64,000 nt of DNA from Tubulanus polymorphus (taxonomy: Eukaryota > Animalia > Nemertea): contig NC_134031.1 of NCBI RefSeq assembly GCF_964204645.1, positions 12,774,088 through 12,838,087 of the forward strand, read 5' to 3'. Shown piece by piece: positions 13,895 through 28,016 of this stretch. The notes under the pieces are model-generated. The model had not been told where the DNA came from. It made no database searches and worked only from the letters and a program-made list of their open reading frames with translations. Each line of letters starts with the position of its first letter. Positions within the stretch are counted from its first letter, which is position 1. A program made the position numbers and the translations under genes.

Positions 13895-15168
13895 TTTAGC
13901 CCACTTGGGACTTTAGTCCCAGCGGGCTATTGCGTTCACTTTTCGTCCGTCGTCCGTCCGTCCGTTCGTCCGTAGACGGAATCCAGTTATTTTGGGAAGT
14001 TTTGAAGACACTTCAAGGTAATGTCTTGATATTTGGGTTACACATGTATCTACCCTAGACACATCTTCAGCCCAAAAACTGGCCCTGTCAGAATCAAGAT
14101 GGCCGACTGGCAGCCATTTTTGTTCACCAAAATCTGCACTTTTTACACATTTTTGAACTTTTTGAGGGACATTTTGAAGACGCTTTGATCAATTACCTTG
14201 ATCTTTCAGATATATGTGAACCCCCCCCTCGGGGCCCATCAACATAACAAAAATTGGGTCGGTCAGACTCAAGATGGCCGTCCTATGACCTTTTTAGTGC
14301 CCAAAAATGTTAATTTTGGCCCGAATTCTGAGTCCTGTAGCTTCCTACTGGTTTGCCATTTCTCATTACAATTTGTGATGGGTATTCTTTGGAAAGGGAT
14401 GTTTTATACCTGAGACAGGTATTTTTCATCAGCCAATTATGACGCAATTGGCGGCCATCTTGGTGTCAGCAGTACTCATTCGTAAGTGGGAAAAAGTTTT
14501 TCCACATTATATTGATACCTAAGCGTATTTTGCTACCACAATCGATTAGAAAGTTTTAGTTCATAACGTGTTCTATGATTGTGGTGAGTTTCAAGGTAAT
14601 TGGATTTCGTATATGGCCACCAGGGGGCGTTGAATAATGCAATATCTTAGCATTTCTTTATTATATTCGTATCAATGCATATTTTGTAACCACAATCAAT
14701 TGCAAAGTTGTAGCTCATGACATCATGTATGATTGTTGCGAGTTTTTAGGGCATTAGTTTTTCTATATGGTCACTAGGGGGCGTTGAATAGTAAAATAAC
14801 TTAGTATTTTCTTATTATATTGGTACCTAGGCATATTTTGTTACCATGATCAATTGCAAAGTTGTAGTTCATGACATATTCTATGATTGTGGTGAGTTTC
14901 GAGGTCATTGGGTTTTGAATATGGTCACCAGGGGCGTTGAATAGTAGAATGACTTAGTATTTCCATATTAAATTGGTAACGAGGCATATTTTGTTATCAC
15001 AATCAATTACAAAATCGTAGCTGCTGACATGTTCTATGATTGTGGTGAGTTTCAAGGTCATTGGATTCTGTATATGGTCACCAGGGGGCGATGAATATTG
15101 AAATTGTTAGATTGTTGAGCATTTGAAACCACTTCCCAAGTGGGCATGGTGTCCCTGGACCCCTAGTT
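13895..15168. mobile_element. Non-autonomous Helentron/DINE-1-like element family R1, copy 1
   Basis: Inserted in a T-run of pPolB without TSD. Subterminal IR GCCCACTTG/CAAGTGGGC, (GTCC)n microsatellite, four ~154-bp internal repeats, 3' end CCCCTAGTT. Confidence 0.8.
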
Positions 15169-16335
15169 TAATTCATCATAGAATTGTTCTTTTAATAATT
15201 CAGTTATATTGAAATCATTATGCGATTTATAGAATGATTATGGTATTGCGCCTTTATATCTCATTAATTGAAAATCATCATTATTTGGATAGTGTTGTTT
15301 TAATATCTTTAATTCATCATCAACTAATGATTTTGATAAATTATCTAATCGATTGCTTAAAAATCTATATGAATCTATAAATCGTAGACACCCGAATTGG
15401 AATGATATATAATTCTCAGATGTTTTAGCTAACATTCTAAATTTATAAGTTGGTATTTTATCTTTTGATCTATTTGAATTCAATCTTTCTATTTGATTAT
15501 TGATTTCTTCTATTTTATGACATAACTGTTTGATGAATAAATGTGCGTCATATCCTGATAAATTATGAAATATAACTGGAACAAAATTGATTTTCTTAGC
15601 TAGTAAGTTACAATTCTCGTGCGCCGTGCCTCTAAACTTTCCATTCAAATGATCATGGTCTCTTACTTTATAATATTTATCTTTATAATTAAATGTCTTT
15701 TCACAATAATAACATTTATCTGCAAACTCAAATTCTTCTTTATCTTCTTCTGTCATAATTATTTCTTTATTTTCATTTAACTTTTCATAAAATTGTATTT
15801 CATATTCAATTAATAGGTCACAAAAATGATTGATAACATTTTCATTTCTATAATTATAATATTCACTTTTAATTAGTTCTGGATAATCAGATTTTATATA
15901 TAACCCGAAAGCTGCAGCTGATTGATGAATCTTTTTAATTGTATTTGTTATTAGGGGATCTGAATAATCAATTATATCATTTTCATTAGAATTTAATTTC
16001 TTTCTTTTATGATATATTTCTTTTCTATCTTGATCAGTTAATTCTTTATTTAATGATTCAAAATCTCCATATATTACAAATGGTACTTTATTCTTGTAAT
16101 CATATTTTTTGAATTCTAATACTTTATCCTTTTAATTTGGTAAAACTATTTTACAATAATCATGATTATCACATAATTGTTTATGATTTAATAATGCATT
16201 TTCGGTTCTGAATTTAGTTATACATTTTCTACATAGATATATTTGATTATCAAAATCATTTTCTGATTTGAAAAATAAATCAATACGTTTTATCCACATA
16301 TAATGATTCTCATAATATAGTATATCTATAACATC

Positions 16336-17054
16336 CAGGGTTGTCATTTGCAGCCGGAAACCGATTAAATTAGCCGTCTATTAAGTATCAATAAACCGGC
16401 TACTCAAAACCTCGAAGTTTTCTCTCAGCTGTTGTCCGCGCCGACCGGGTAGACGCGCGGGCCGGACACGCGGGCCAGTTCCGCGAGCCGGTTCCGCGAG
16501 CTAACTGTGGCAATCGACTCCACAGCCAAAATTGCGCTCGAGGTCAGACGATCGCTACACTGAATGAAATGTCAGAAAATGTCAGGGCAACAGACGCTAG
16601 TATTTTTTGGGTTCTGTAAACGCCAGAAAGGTAAATACAGCTAAAATATTGTTAAAATATGATCGTTAGCCATTACGAATCGCATTCAACAACAAAGCTT
16701 CCTTAAACTAGCACTTAATTATCGTGCATTTTCCAGCGATAAACGCGAAAGTAATTTGACATTTCTTTTATTCCAATCCTACTTTCGTTTTCAAAAATAG
16801 GGATGGTATTTGATTGATGGCAGAGGATACTAGTTTCTTGAAATCAACAACTCAATTATCACCATTTTCAAAGGAGTACATTTTCCTTTGTGAAAATTTC
16901 AAATGCTTGGAAAATGCTTCTCGGGCCTCAAAATATTTTTAAAAAATTAGGGGAGGGCCCCAACCCCCCCCCCCTTATAACCGAAGATACTGGTGTTATG
17001 AACCATCTACTTTGGTGAATTACCCACCTATTCAAAAACTAAATGACAACCCTG
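16336..17054. mobile_element. MITE with 14-bp TIR and 6-bp TSD (hAT-like)
   Basis: CAGGGTTGTCATTT...AAATGACAACCCTG flanked by AACATC (16330-16335, 17055-17060). Interrupts pPolB, which is uninterrupted at this site in element D. Confidence 0.88.
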
Positions 17055-18374
17055 AACATCATTTGAATAATAATCTTTTGATAAGTATAAAGGTTCTAAT
17101 GTATATTGTTTAATATTATTACCTTTTGTTTTTAGCAATTTGAATAAATAAAACACATTTATCTTTATATTATTATCTCTTTCTATTTTTGGGATATTTT
17201 TAATTCTAACAGGATAATTATCTATCTTATAATTATTTTCAAATGGTTTATAATTTGATACTCTACAAATATTTTCAGTTGCAGGATGTAAGCAACTAAT
17301 TATTGACCATGGAAAGCATTTATCATCAGAATTTTGTACATTTATAACAGCATTAGTTTTAAATGGTAATTTAATATAACTTGATCCATTAATATTATCA
17401 TCTCTATGATATGATAAATTATTTTCATCAATTGGTTTTGATTTAGTTACTTTATTATATTTTGTGTTACAAACATGTAAAGTCATGAATATTATTTCAT
17501 CAAATATTAAACAAGATCCTTCAAAATATTTCTCTTCTATTTCATTATAACATTTATCTAATTTATCATCTGTATGTTGTTTTGAAATAATATGTTGTGA
17601 ATGAGAATTTATATTATATATTGGTTTATCTTCAGATTTTATAAATTTAACTTTAGAAGATATACTAATTTTAGGGTATTCAACATCTGTAATTATTCTT
17701 ATAATATTTTTCATATTTTCTGAATGTTTTTTATTTTCTTCTAATGTTTTTCCTTTATGAAATTTAAACTCAATAGCAGCTGGACCAATATCACTTTTAA
17801 ATGCTTCAGTTATCTCTATTTCTTCTTTATTATCTAATGACTTAATATAATTTCTTACATCTTCCATGTATGGTCTTTTATTGTTTAATTTATTTTTTAT
17901 TCTTTAAATTTCTTCTGTTTCTTATCATTATCATTATCAAAATAATCTTCACCTAAAATATCATTATTCATATTTCTCATATGACTTTTAGATTTTTAAT
18001 GTTCTTTATAATATCTTTTATCACTGAATGATTGATTACATGTATCACATTTGTATGTTTCTTTTTCATCCTTTAATTCATCTAATTTAGTTTCTAATAT
18101 ATCATCTTTATATTCTAACTTAAATTTATTTTCTAAATGTGTACTAGTTTTATTGTGTCTTGCTTTTGTGGATTTATCTATATTGATTTTACATGTTGGA
18201 CAGTAGTACTTCTTATTTGCTTCCATTTTAATACTAAATTTTTTATTAAAATTGATTTTCAAATAATACATATTAGATACGTTAATACTTAAAACCCCCT
18301 TTTTCTAAAATACATATTACTTATTTTAATATTTCAACTAAGTTTGAAATAATAAAGGTTATTTTAGATTAATA

Positions 18375-18495
18375 CATATTAGATACATAAATAATTAAAT
18401 ATGTATTAGATATGTATAAGATATGTATGAGATATGTATTAGATACGTATTAGATATGTATTAGTTATGTATTAGATATGTATTAGATACATAAA
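18375..18495. repeat. 11-bp tandem repeat (TATTAGATATG) upstream of pPolB
   Basis: About 8-9 copies, with three inverted copies at ~7718-7752. Confidence 0.8.
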
Positions 18496-18693
18496 TACTT
18501 AAAACCCCTTTTTTTATTAACTATTATTTTATACAATTTTCAACTAATATATTATGTGCGTGTTAGATAATTATCATTACTATCTGAATCACTTTCATCA
18601 TCTACCCTAACAATTTATTCAACCTCTCTACCGAATCATCATTAAATTCTTCATTATAATCCTTTTTCATCCTATCTGCCGCATCATTAATTT

Positions 18694-20633
18694 TTAGGCC
18701 AGCCGTAGGCTGAGCCTATTACTATACAAATGGAGCGAATTTAAATGACATGGTTTCCACACAAAAGGCTCTTTTGCTTGCCAAGTGAGGGCATATTCGA
18801 ACAAATCACGTATTTAAGCGTAATCCATTCTCGGAATCGTAGCGAGCAGAATTTTGAAATAGGGTCTCATAAAAATGTTTTCTGCATTTTTCACGAAAGT
18901 TAAATCGGGAAAATTTCAATTTTTATCAGCCAATCAGGAAGTTGTGTCTTCCCTGTGATTGGTTTATCTGAAAATATCAGCAGCTGTTCACGTGAATTAT
19001 CGCGATTTCATTACTGGCGCTTTTGCGCATGACGTCATGTATCAACACGCGACAATACTTCCGCGTTCGCTACGTGTTCGCTGATTGGCCCATTTACTGG
19101 GAAATTCCACAGAAGCCTAATGTGGTTTGTTACAAGCGCTCTGATTGGCCCGACCCGATTCTGGCATGGCTTTAGCTTAGTGGGTTCGAATCCCTTGACG
19201 GGTGAAGATGATGGATCCTATCAATATCTATTGAAACAAATAAGTTTCCCGGTTGGGCAGCCGCGGATATCTACCGGAAGTGTTCCGGTTCAATATTTCG
19301 AGGTTTCTTTGAATTTTGGAGTGATATTGAAATCCGGTAAATACGGCAGCGGTAGATTGTGAAAACCCATTGCATGATATTTGTATTACTTAATCAACGA
19401 AAAGCGTCGGGGCCGCACCAGGAGTTTTCGTGATTCAAGTAGCGCAATAGCCTACTTCTTCGTGTTCGCCCACCTCAATTTTCACTCCGCCGATCTCTGA
19501 CACGGCGCTGTCCCCGTCGGCGCTGTGATTGCACTTTCGTACCACCAAAATTTTTTATTTCTATATCAGGGAGGTCTGGAGAATAAAAAAGTCAAAATTT
19601 GGATATCACATAGGCCTGATTTCATTGAATAAGTCGACCATGGTCGTTACGTTTCCGTAGCCTACGTATTACCACCTAAAACCGTCTGAACAATTTTGTC
19701 ACAACCAACATTTCGTTTACAGAAATCAGGTGTTCACGCAAACCCGCGGTATCGTCTACTGTTTTACTTCCGGGTTTTATTTTAAGATTTAAAATTGTAT
19801 TTCAAGATCGATTTCTATGAAATCTTTAGTTGATTTGGTGTTTGGGAGGAATTTTTATTTGCTCTACAGAAAATTCATCCTTGACAATTGCGCAAGGTTC
19901 GCGAAAAAAAAGGTTTTACCAAATCGGTGTATGACCTTGATATGCTAATTAGCCATGTGCCCGAATTGCAAATTCAATCAAATTTTATTCTGCCAAAAAA
20001 ATGTTAAATACAATTCGCTTTCCGAGAGTTAATGGTATGCTGCATGGAACAAAGTTGTTTTGAGATGGCTCTTGAAGCTATTTAGGTCGAGAGATAACCA
20101 TCTAGATAGTTCGTGAGAGTTCCAAAGTTTTGAAGACGCTTCAAGGTAATGTCTTGATATTTGGTTTATACGTGTATCTACCCTAGACACATCTTCAGGC
20201 CAAAAACTGGCCCTGTCAGATTCGAGATGGCCGGCTGGCAGCCATTGTTGTTCGCCAAAATCAGCACTTTTTACACATTTTTGAAGTTTTCGATATTTGT
20301 ATCCCCAAGGGCCCATCGGCATGAGAAAAATTGGGTCGATCGGACTCAAGATGGCCGTACTGTAACCTTTTTTGTTCCCAAAAATGTCAATTTTGGCCTG
20401 AATTCTGAGTACTGTAGCTTTCTAATGGTGTGCCATGTTTCATTGCAATTTGTAATGGGTATTCTTTGGAAAGGGATCTTTTATATCCGAGAGGGTATTT
20501 TTGACCAGGCAATTATGATGCACTTGGCAGCCATCTTGGGGTCATCAGTACTCATTCGTAGGTGGAAAAAATGTTTTTCCACATCATAATTGATACTAAA
20601 GCATATTTTGCTACTATAATCAATTGGAAAGTT
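18694..20633. mobile_element. Helentron/DINE-like family R2, 3'-truncated copy
   Basis: Starts TTAGGCCAGCCGTAGGCTGAGCC. Near-identical to 50616-52590. Confidence 0.85.
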
Positions 20634-21347
20634 AGTCAAATGGTTACACAATTGTGAATAACCTTTAATTATCGTTTCAGATAAAGCATCATTAATCCTT
20701 GCTGTTCTTGCGGCTTCATAAAGTTTAAAATTTTTTATATCAGCATCTGATTTCATATTATCTAATTCATCATATGTAAAATTGTTACTTAAAGGGCAAA
20801 TGCCATCAAAATAGAATATTGTGTAAAATTCATTTTCAAATGTGATGTTTTCACAAATATCAAATATGGAACTGGTTTGAATTTTAGTTCAGCCATTACT
20901 GAGAAATATCACTTTTAAATCGGCAATTTCACCACGTTGTTCACTGTTATTGTTTATGTTAGCAGGTGCGTGTTTCTGACGTCATCTCTGACAAACGCTC
21001 ACCGCTTCCAGTCATTTCACTAGACATTTCATGCGGTATTTTATTGTTTTAGGAGTGATTTGAATAAATAAACTCTTGCCATTGTAAGTGTTGCTACCGT
21101 TGTATATGCCATGATAATCGTATATAAGTGAGTAGCACTGTAGGTCAGTGAATACGGTGAACAAATGATGTTTATTTAATCGATTATACCTAGGCTACCC
21201 GTACTAGCGCGCCATGTGCTTGTGTTGATTGTCATAGTTAACATCATAAATAGCGCCACCCGCGGGTTGAATATGAACTATACGCACGGAGTGAAGGATA
21301 AATAGATAACTGTTCCGCTAACTATTACGGCTAATTCGTGCTCCTTT

Positions 21348-23047
21348 TTAGCCCAGCGGGCTATTGCGTTCACTTTTCGTCCGTCCGTAGACGGAATCCA
21401 GTTATTTTGGGAAGTTTTGAAGACACTTCGAGGTAATGTCTTGATATTTGGTTTATACATGTATCTACCCTAGACACATCTTCAGCCCAAAAACTGGCCC
21501 TGTTAGAATCAAGATGGCCGACTAGCAGCCATTGTTGTTCATCAAAATCAGCACTTTTTACACTTTTTGAAGTTTTCGAGGGAAATTTTGAACACACTTA
21601 AATCAATTACCTTGATCTTTAGTTTATATTTGAATCTACCAAGGGCCCATAATCATAAGAAAAATTGGGTCGATCTGACTCAAGATGGCCGTCCTATGAC
21701 CTTTTAAGTGCCCAAAAATGTCAATTTTGGCCAGAATTCTAGGACCTGTAGCTTCCTACTGGTTTGCCATTTCTCATTGCAGTTTGTGATGGGTATTCTT
21801 TGGAAAGGGATGTTTTATACCTGAGACAGGTATTTTTGATCAGCCAATTATGACGCAATTGGCGGCCATCTTGGTGTCATCGGTACTCATTCGTAGGTGG
21901 GAAAAAGTTTTTCCACATTAAATTGATACCTAAGCATATTGTGTTACTATTTTCAATTGGAAAGTTGTCGCCCATAACGTGTTCTATGATTTTGGTGAGT
22001 TTCAAGGTCGTTGGTATTTGTATGTGGCCACCAGGGGGCGTTGAATAATACAATAACTTAGTATTTCTATATTATATTTGTACCTATGCATATTTTCTTA
22101 CCACAATCAATTGCAAAGTTGTAGCTCATGACATCTTCCATGATTGTGGTGAATTTAGTTAAAGGACATTAGTTAATGTATATGGTCACCAGGGGGCGTT
22201 GAATAGTAGAATAACTTAGTATTTCCTTATTAGATTAGTACCCAGGCATATTTTCTTACCACGATCGATTGCAAAGTTGTAGTTCATGACATTGTCTATG
22301 ATTGTGGTGAGTTTTTAAGGACATTAGTTATTCCATATAGACACCAGGGGGCGTTGAATAGTAGAATAGCTTAGTATTTCCTTATTAGATTGGTACCTAG
22401 CCATATTTTTTACCATATTCAATTGGAAAGTTGTAGCCCATAACGTGTTCTATGATTTTGGTGAGTCTCAAGCTCATTGGTTTTTGTATGTGGCCACAAG
22501 GGGGCGTTGAATAATACAATAACTTAGTATTTCTATATTATATTTGTACCTATGCGTGTTTTGTTACCACAATAAATTGCAAAGTTGTAGTTCATGACAT
22601 CGTCTATGATTGTGGTGAGTTTTTAAGGACATTAGTTATTCCATATAGTCACCAGGCGGCGTTGAATAGTAGAATAGCTTAGTATTTCCTTATTAGATTA
22701 GTACCTAGGCATATTTCGTTACCATGATCAATTGCAAAGTTGTGTTTCATGACATGTACTACGACTGTTGTGAGTTTTAAGGTCATTGGGTTTTGCATAT
22801 GGTCACCAGGGGGTGTTGAATAGTAGAATAACTTAGTGTTTCCATATTAAATTGGTAACGAGGCATATTTTGTTATCACAATCAATTACAAAATCATAGC
22901 TGCTGACATGTACTATGATTGTGGTTTGTTTCTAGGTCATTGGTTTTTGTATATGGTCACTAGGAGGCGTTATGTATTGAAATTGTTAGATTGTTGAGCA
23001 TTTGAAAGCACTTTCCAAGTGGGCATGGGGTTCCTGGCCCCCTAGTT
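21348..23047. mobile_element. Family R1 copy 2 with seven ~154-bp repeats
   Basis: Same body and 3' end as copy 1. CCAGGGGGCGTTGAAT anchors at ~22031, 22189, 22344, 22497, 22652, 22806 and 22960. Confidence 0.85.
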
Positions 23048-23056
23048 TATCTTTAA

Positions 23057-23671
23057 AGGGAGAACTGCAGTCAAAAAATTATAATTGGCCATTCATTTCT
23101 ACACTTGTTGTTGTTAAGCATAATGCTAGTTGAAATTTCCAATTCTTCCTATACAACAATTTTAATACTGTTATCAGCAGAATTTACGGCAGATGAGAGC
23201 CGCCATATTTGAATTCCAAAGTGAGGCATGTAAACATTGATGACGTATTCCGGCCCATCACACACTCCAGTGTGTACACAAATAGATACACTCAATCGAA
23301 TATCTCAGTTGAAAATTGCGATTAAAATACTACTGCTTGGCTGCCAGTGGGGTCTTTACTTTTATATATCCACTTACTGTGTGAAAAACATATCCAAATA
23401 ATTGCCGATGTGGCATTATGCTGCAGTGTAGAACTATTATTGGCGAAAACACTTTGAATAGCAGCAGTAACACGTATCGCAGTGGGACTAAATACGTCAC
23501 AGCCAAGAGAATAGCGTCTGCTACGTGGAGAAAATGGCGGAGGCCAGGCACTCTACAAAACCCTCTTTTTGGATAAAGTATTGGATGAAATGTTTTTCTG
23601 CTGTTTTGAAAATGTATTTATAAAGGTTTCTAACACATATAGATACAAACAATTTTCACTGCAGTTCCCCT
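23057..23671. mobile_element. TTAA-target MITE (Kolobok-like)
   Basis: TTAA|AGGGAGAACTGCAGTCAAAA...TTTTCACTGCAGTTCCCCT|TTAA. Confidence 0.8.
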
Positions 23672-23676
23672 TTAAG

Positions 23677-24081
23677 TCATTTTCTAATTCTAATATTTGT
23701 TTTTCCAAATAAAATTTTAATTTCATATTTCTTCTGTTCATTACTTGAGGTATAATAATCTGATATTGTAGGTTTATAAAGATGCAATTTTTCTTTATTT
23801 GTTACTGCGTTATATAAACTCATAGCATCATCGACTGATTGAAAATCTTGGTGTGAAAATTTCTGATTATATAATTCTTTATTAATATAATTCATATAAT
23901 TTTGTCTTTTTGCTCTATATTCTTCTGCTGCTTTATTATATTTTTCTAATGCTAAGTTATGTCTTTTTTGTTCTGTTAATGAACCACTTTTATCAATATA
24001 CTTAAATAAATAACCACCACCTGTAAATGCTAACGCGTTAAAAATCGCCGATCCTATAGTAGTTATAATTGCAGATGCCAT
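23677..24081 (-). CDS. Polinton/adintovirus-type small protein (hydrophobic N-terminus plus coiled coil)
   Basis: MASAIITTIGSAIFNALAFTGGGYLF...EQKRHNLALEKY. TAAATG start. I recall this pattern from invertebrate Polinton-like elements. Confidence 0.65.
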   Translation of the reverse strand: MASAIITTIGSAIFNALAFTGGGYLFKYIDKSGSLTEQKRHNLALEKYNKAAEEYRAKRQNYMNYINKELYNQKFSHQDFQSVDDAMSLYNAVTNKEKLHLYKPTISDYYTSSNEQKKYEIKILFGKTNIRIRK

Positions 24082-24162
24082 TTATGAAGTAAAACCATTA
24101 TGCGTCAATAAGGAGGAATATATTTTTGTTTTTCTAAATAATCAATTGTTAAATTAGATTTT

Positions 24163-27100
24163 TATGGGACTGTTTGTAGCAGTTCCTTGCAGCTCCTCAA
24201 TAAATCAAGTTTTCCTCCAACTACCTCAAGAGTTGATGTTGGATAATTGGCATGGAATATTGTGAAGCTGTTGTGAACACTGTGAAATATGATTTTCACT
24301 GGATATATGCTTGTAACTGTGGTATTTGTTAATTTAAAAATACTGTTCATAAATTCAACATGGAATTGTGTGTATTGTGTACCCAGTGACGTTGACATTG
24401 ACACGCATAGTGCAGACATGCCTGAATACTCTGCAGTGGCATTGAGGTCATATAGATCTTTTGAAACTGGAATTAACAAGGATCTTCAACAGATCCTTAA
24501 ATTATTTGGTTTACACAGAACTGTTCGACCAACCAGGCGCGGTAAACGAGCAGGCAGGCACGTGACTAAATGGACTCACTTGAAGGATCATTTAACCCTT
24601 GGTCTGTTAAATCCAAGGTCAGTGCGACAAAGAGGACATAATAACTGACATTATATTGGATTATCACATTGATATTCTCTGCATAACTGAGTCGTGGCTG
24701 ACTCTCAGTGTCAAGGATGATTTCTATATTAAAGCCCTTACTTTGTCTGGATATAGACTATTCCATGCTCCTCGAGAGGGGCGTCTTGGGGGTGGAGTCA
24801 TGCTCATTTTCAAAGAGACAATCAAATCCAGAGGACAACTAGTAGTTCATAATTATGCCAGCTTTGAAACCCTGCAACACGAACTATTTATTGACAATCA
24901 TTGGAGTAAGATTATTTTCATTCATCGCCCAACTCCTTCAAAGGAGAACAAACTCACAACCAGTCAATTCTTTAAGGAGTTCTCATGTTATCTCCAGGAC
25001 ACTGTGTTGTGTACAAACTCTAAATTTATATTAGTTGGTGACCTGAACTTCCATCTCGATGATGTTACTGACTCCAACAAAAAGAAATTCAATGAACTTC
25101 TTGATGTTTCAAATCTTCATCAGTTTGTTACTGAGCCCACTCATCAGGCTGGCCATATTTTGGATGTTGTGATTACTCGGAAGGAGACTGACCTTGTCCA
25201 TAGCGTTGATGTGAAGGAAATGATTTCCGACCACCATTTTATAGTTTGTGATTTGAAACCTGCCAAACCTTGTCCAAAGCGTATCAAGGTTGCAACCAGG
25301 AAGTTACGAGACATAAACAGTAAGAGTTGATCAGCACCTCCAATCCTTTCATGTTTCTGATCCGCAAAAAGCAGCTGAGAACTATACATCTACAATGGGG
25401 GTGCTTCTGGATAAGCATGCACCTGTCAAGTGCAAAACTGTCATTATTCGGGCATCAAATCCCTGGTTCACTGATGATCTGTATGCATCCAAGCGTAGTA
25501 GGCGCAGAGCTGAATTGAAATGGCGTCGGACAAAGCTTGTTGTTCACAAGTAGATTTTCCTTGAAGAGAGGCGTTCGTACAATACTAAACTAAGTTGTGC
25601 CAAAGCAAACTACTTAAGTAACGAAATCGAAGTTGCTTCCGGAAATCAGAAAGAGCTGCAGAGGATTTATTCTGAGATCCTTCACTCAAAAAGCAAGACA
25701 GTCTTACCTGATCACACTGATTCTTTGCAGTTGGCAGAACTTTTCATGAATTTCTTCAACGATAAAATCGAGAATATCCGATTTAATCTGCCCGTTTCTT
25801 CCGGAATCTATCATCGTGGTGACAGGTCAAATTGTGCTTGTAATCTTTCAACATTTGAATTGGCAGGAGAAAGCGAGGTTGCCAAATTAATAAAGGAGGC
25901 ACCTAGTAAATCATGTTCATTGGACCCGCTACCGACCTGGCTACTCAAACAGTTATCTGAAAGACTTGTTCCAGTTATAACACATATTATCAACGTCTCT
26001 CTTGAAACTGGCACTGTGCCTGATTTGTTTAAGGGGGCTGTGGTGATTCCATTAATCAAAAAGCCATCTCTGGATTGTAACATTTTTGCGAACTACCGCC
26101 CAATAAGCAATCTCCCCTTTGTATCAAAAGTGTTGGAGCGTGTTGTTGCCAACAGGTTAAGGACTTACATGGCTGATGATAACTTGCAGGATATTCCCCA
26201 GTCTGCATACAAGCCAAAACATAGTACGGAAACAGCGCTCATTAAGGTTCAGGATGATATTCGTTGTATGGTTGATAGTGGTGGTGTTACAATACTCGTC
26301 TTACTTGACTTGAGCGCTGCATTCGATATGGTCGATCATGAGGTACTCTTATCGCACTTGAGGAATTACCTTGGTGTAAGCGGTCTTGCACTTGAGTGGT
26401 TTAGATCATACCTGACTGAGCGGTGTCAGAGTGTTGTTGTAAATGATGTTCACTCGTCATCAGTGAAGTTGAAGTATGGCATGCCTCAGGGGTCCGTGTT
26501 AGGGCCTCTGTTATTTCTAGTGTATATTCTGCCTCTTGGTGAGCTTATAAATTCACATGATATGCGCCGCAATGGATTTGCTGACGATAATCAGGTGTAC
26601 AGATTTATTACCTCTTTTTGTGATTCAGTGTCGAATCAGCTGCAGTTCTCCAAAGTTGAATCATACCTAGTGGCCATAAATTCGTGGTACAGTGAGAATT
26701 TCCTGAAGGCCAACCCAACAAAAACAGAGATTCTCATCATAGGTATACCAGACAGGATACGTGCTATTAGCATTAAATCTTTGAATGTTGCCGGTGTCGA
26801 AGTGCCAGTCTCTGCTCACCCAGTTCGTAATCTCGGTGTGCTGTTTGACCCACAACTTAGCATGAAGCCTCATGTTGATTATGTTCTCAAAACAGGTTAC
26901 TTCCATTTACACCACATTGCCAGCCAGCTTAGTACTGAAGCAACTAAATCTCTTGTGCAGGCCATAGTCCTATCTCGCATCGACTATTGCAACAGTTTGT
27001 TAATTCGATTATCTGCAGACTTAACGCATAAACTCCAAGTTCTCCAGAATTCAACTGCACGTTTGGTATCCAGGTCACACAAATTCGACCATATCACTCC

Positions 27101-27493
27101 AGTTCCTTAAGACCTACACTGGCTACCTGTTTCTGCAAGAATCCAGTATAAAGTTGCCCTGTTAACGTGCAAGGCATTGAATAACCTGGCTCCCATATAC
27201 TATCCGGATTATTACAAGTCTATGTACCTGTCAGACTTCTACGTTCTGCCAATCATGAGAGACTGGTTGTTCCTATTTTCCGCTTGTCTTCTTACGGTGG
27301 CAGAACATTTTCCACATATGCTCCCAGACTGTGGAATAACCTTCTTGCGGACATACCTGACCCCATGTCTTTGTCTTGTGAATGATCCAAGCGAATACTC
27401 AAAACCGTTCTATTCCGTGCCAGCTACTTATAGTTTCTAGAGGAGCGCATTTGAACTTATATTCTTAAGGAGCCTTGCGCTATATAAATGACA

Positions 27494-27545
<52 letters not shown>
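24163..27545 (+). mobile_element. L2/CR1-group LINE (APE plus RT ORF2, disrupted) with (ATT)n tail
   Basis: APE motifs ITESWL, GDLNFH, HILDVVI, SDHH. RT motifs YRPISNLPFVSKVLE, LLDLSAAFD, GMPQGSVLGPLLF, FADD. (ATT)n at 27496-27545. Splits a small Polinton ORF (MDQKWIING.../...TIDYLEKQKYIP). Confidence 0.92.
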
Positions 27546-27548
<3 letters not shown>

Positions 27549-28016
27549 ATTTTCTATTTTAAATACTTTTTTTAATATCATTGTATATTGAACAGTTCCA
27601 ACTGATAATAATGCTCCATTATATAATCCATTTATTATCCACTTTTGATCCATTTATTTATCATAAAAATCACTGTCTTCAAAATATTTAGTTATCTTAG
27701 TTATTATTAATTCAACATTTATAATATTATTAGTTTCATTTTTATATATTTCTGTTATAATTTTTTTAATAATCATCAATAATAAAATCTTTATCTAATT
27801 CATAAAATCTTAAAGAATTTAGAATTAATCCAGTAATCGTTTCTACATTATAAGTTTCTTTATTGTTGTTAATAATATTGTTGTTCATAATCAAATGTTG
27901 TTTCATTAAAAAACGTAGTATTTTTAAGATGTGCTAATACATCATTAATACCGAATTTCATTTCTTACTCACGTTTCAAATCAAACCCAAAACATATACT
28001 CGGTCCTCCTGTTTTA

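Larger units (their letters stand above)
12203..18226 (-). pseudogene. Protein-primed family B DNA polymerase (element A), frameshifted, two MITE insertions
   Basis: N-terminal C2H2-like fingers, ExoI YGDFES, DHDHLNGKFRGTAHENCN insert, ExoII FHNLSGYD, ExoIII YLKSDV, YIDANNLYG, KLMNNAFYGK, YFDTDS. Confidence 0.93.
7035..18550 (-). mobile_element. Polinton/Maverick element A (decayed)
   Basis: pPolB, HNH, two small ORFs, integrase and ATPase lie in tandem on the minus strand. Terminal hairpin remnant at 7035-7164 is homologous to the element D ends. Inverted inner repeats at ~7620-7765 and ~18270-18550. Confidence 0.88.

Noticed and set aside
19120-20589. ORFs inside R1/R2 repeats (also 14198, 29636, 51042, 52075, 52323)
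   Set aside because: Frames are not conserved between near-identical copies and there are no recognisable domains.
21950-22990. Regularly spaced CCAGGGGGCGTTGAATA motifs resembling a CRISPR array
   Set aside because: The intervening sequences are homologous to each other (whole 154-bp tandem units), the context is eukaryotic, and there are no cas genes.
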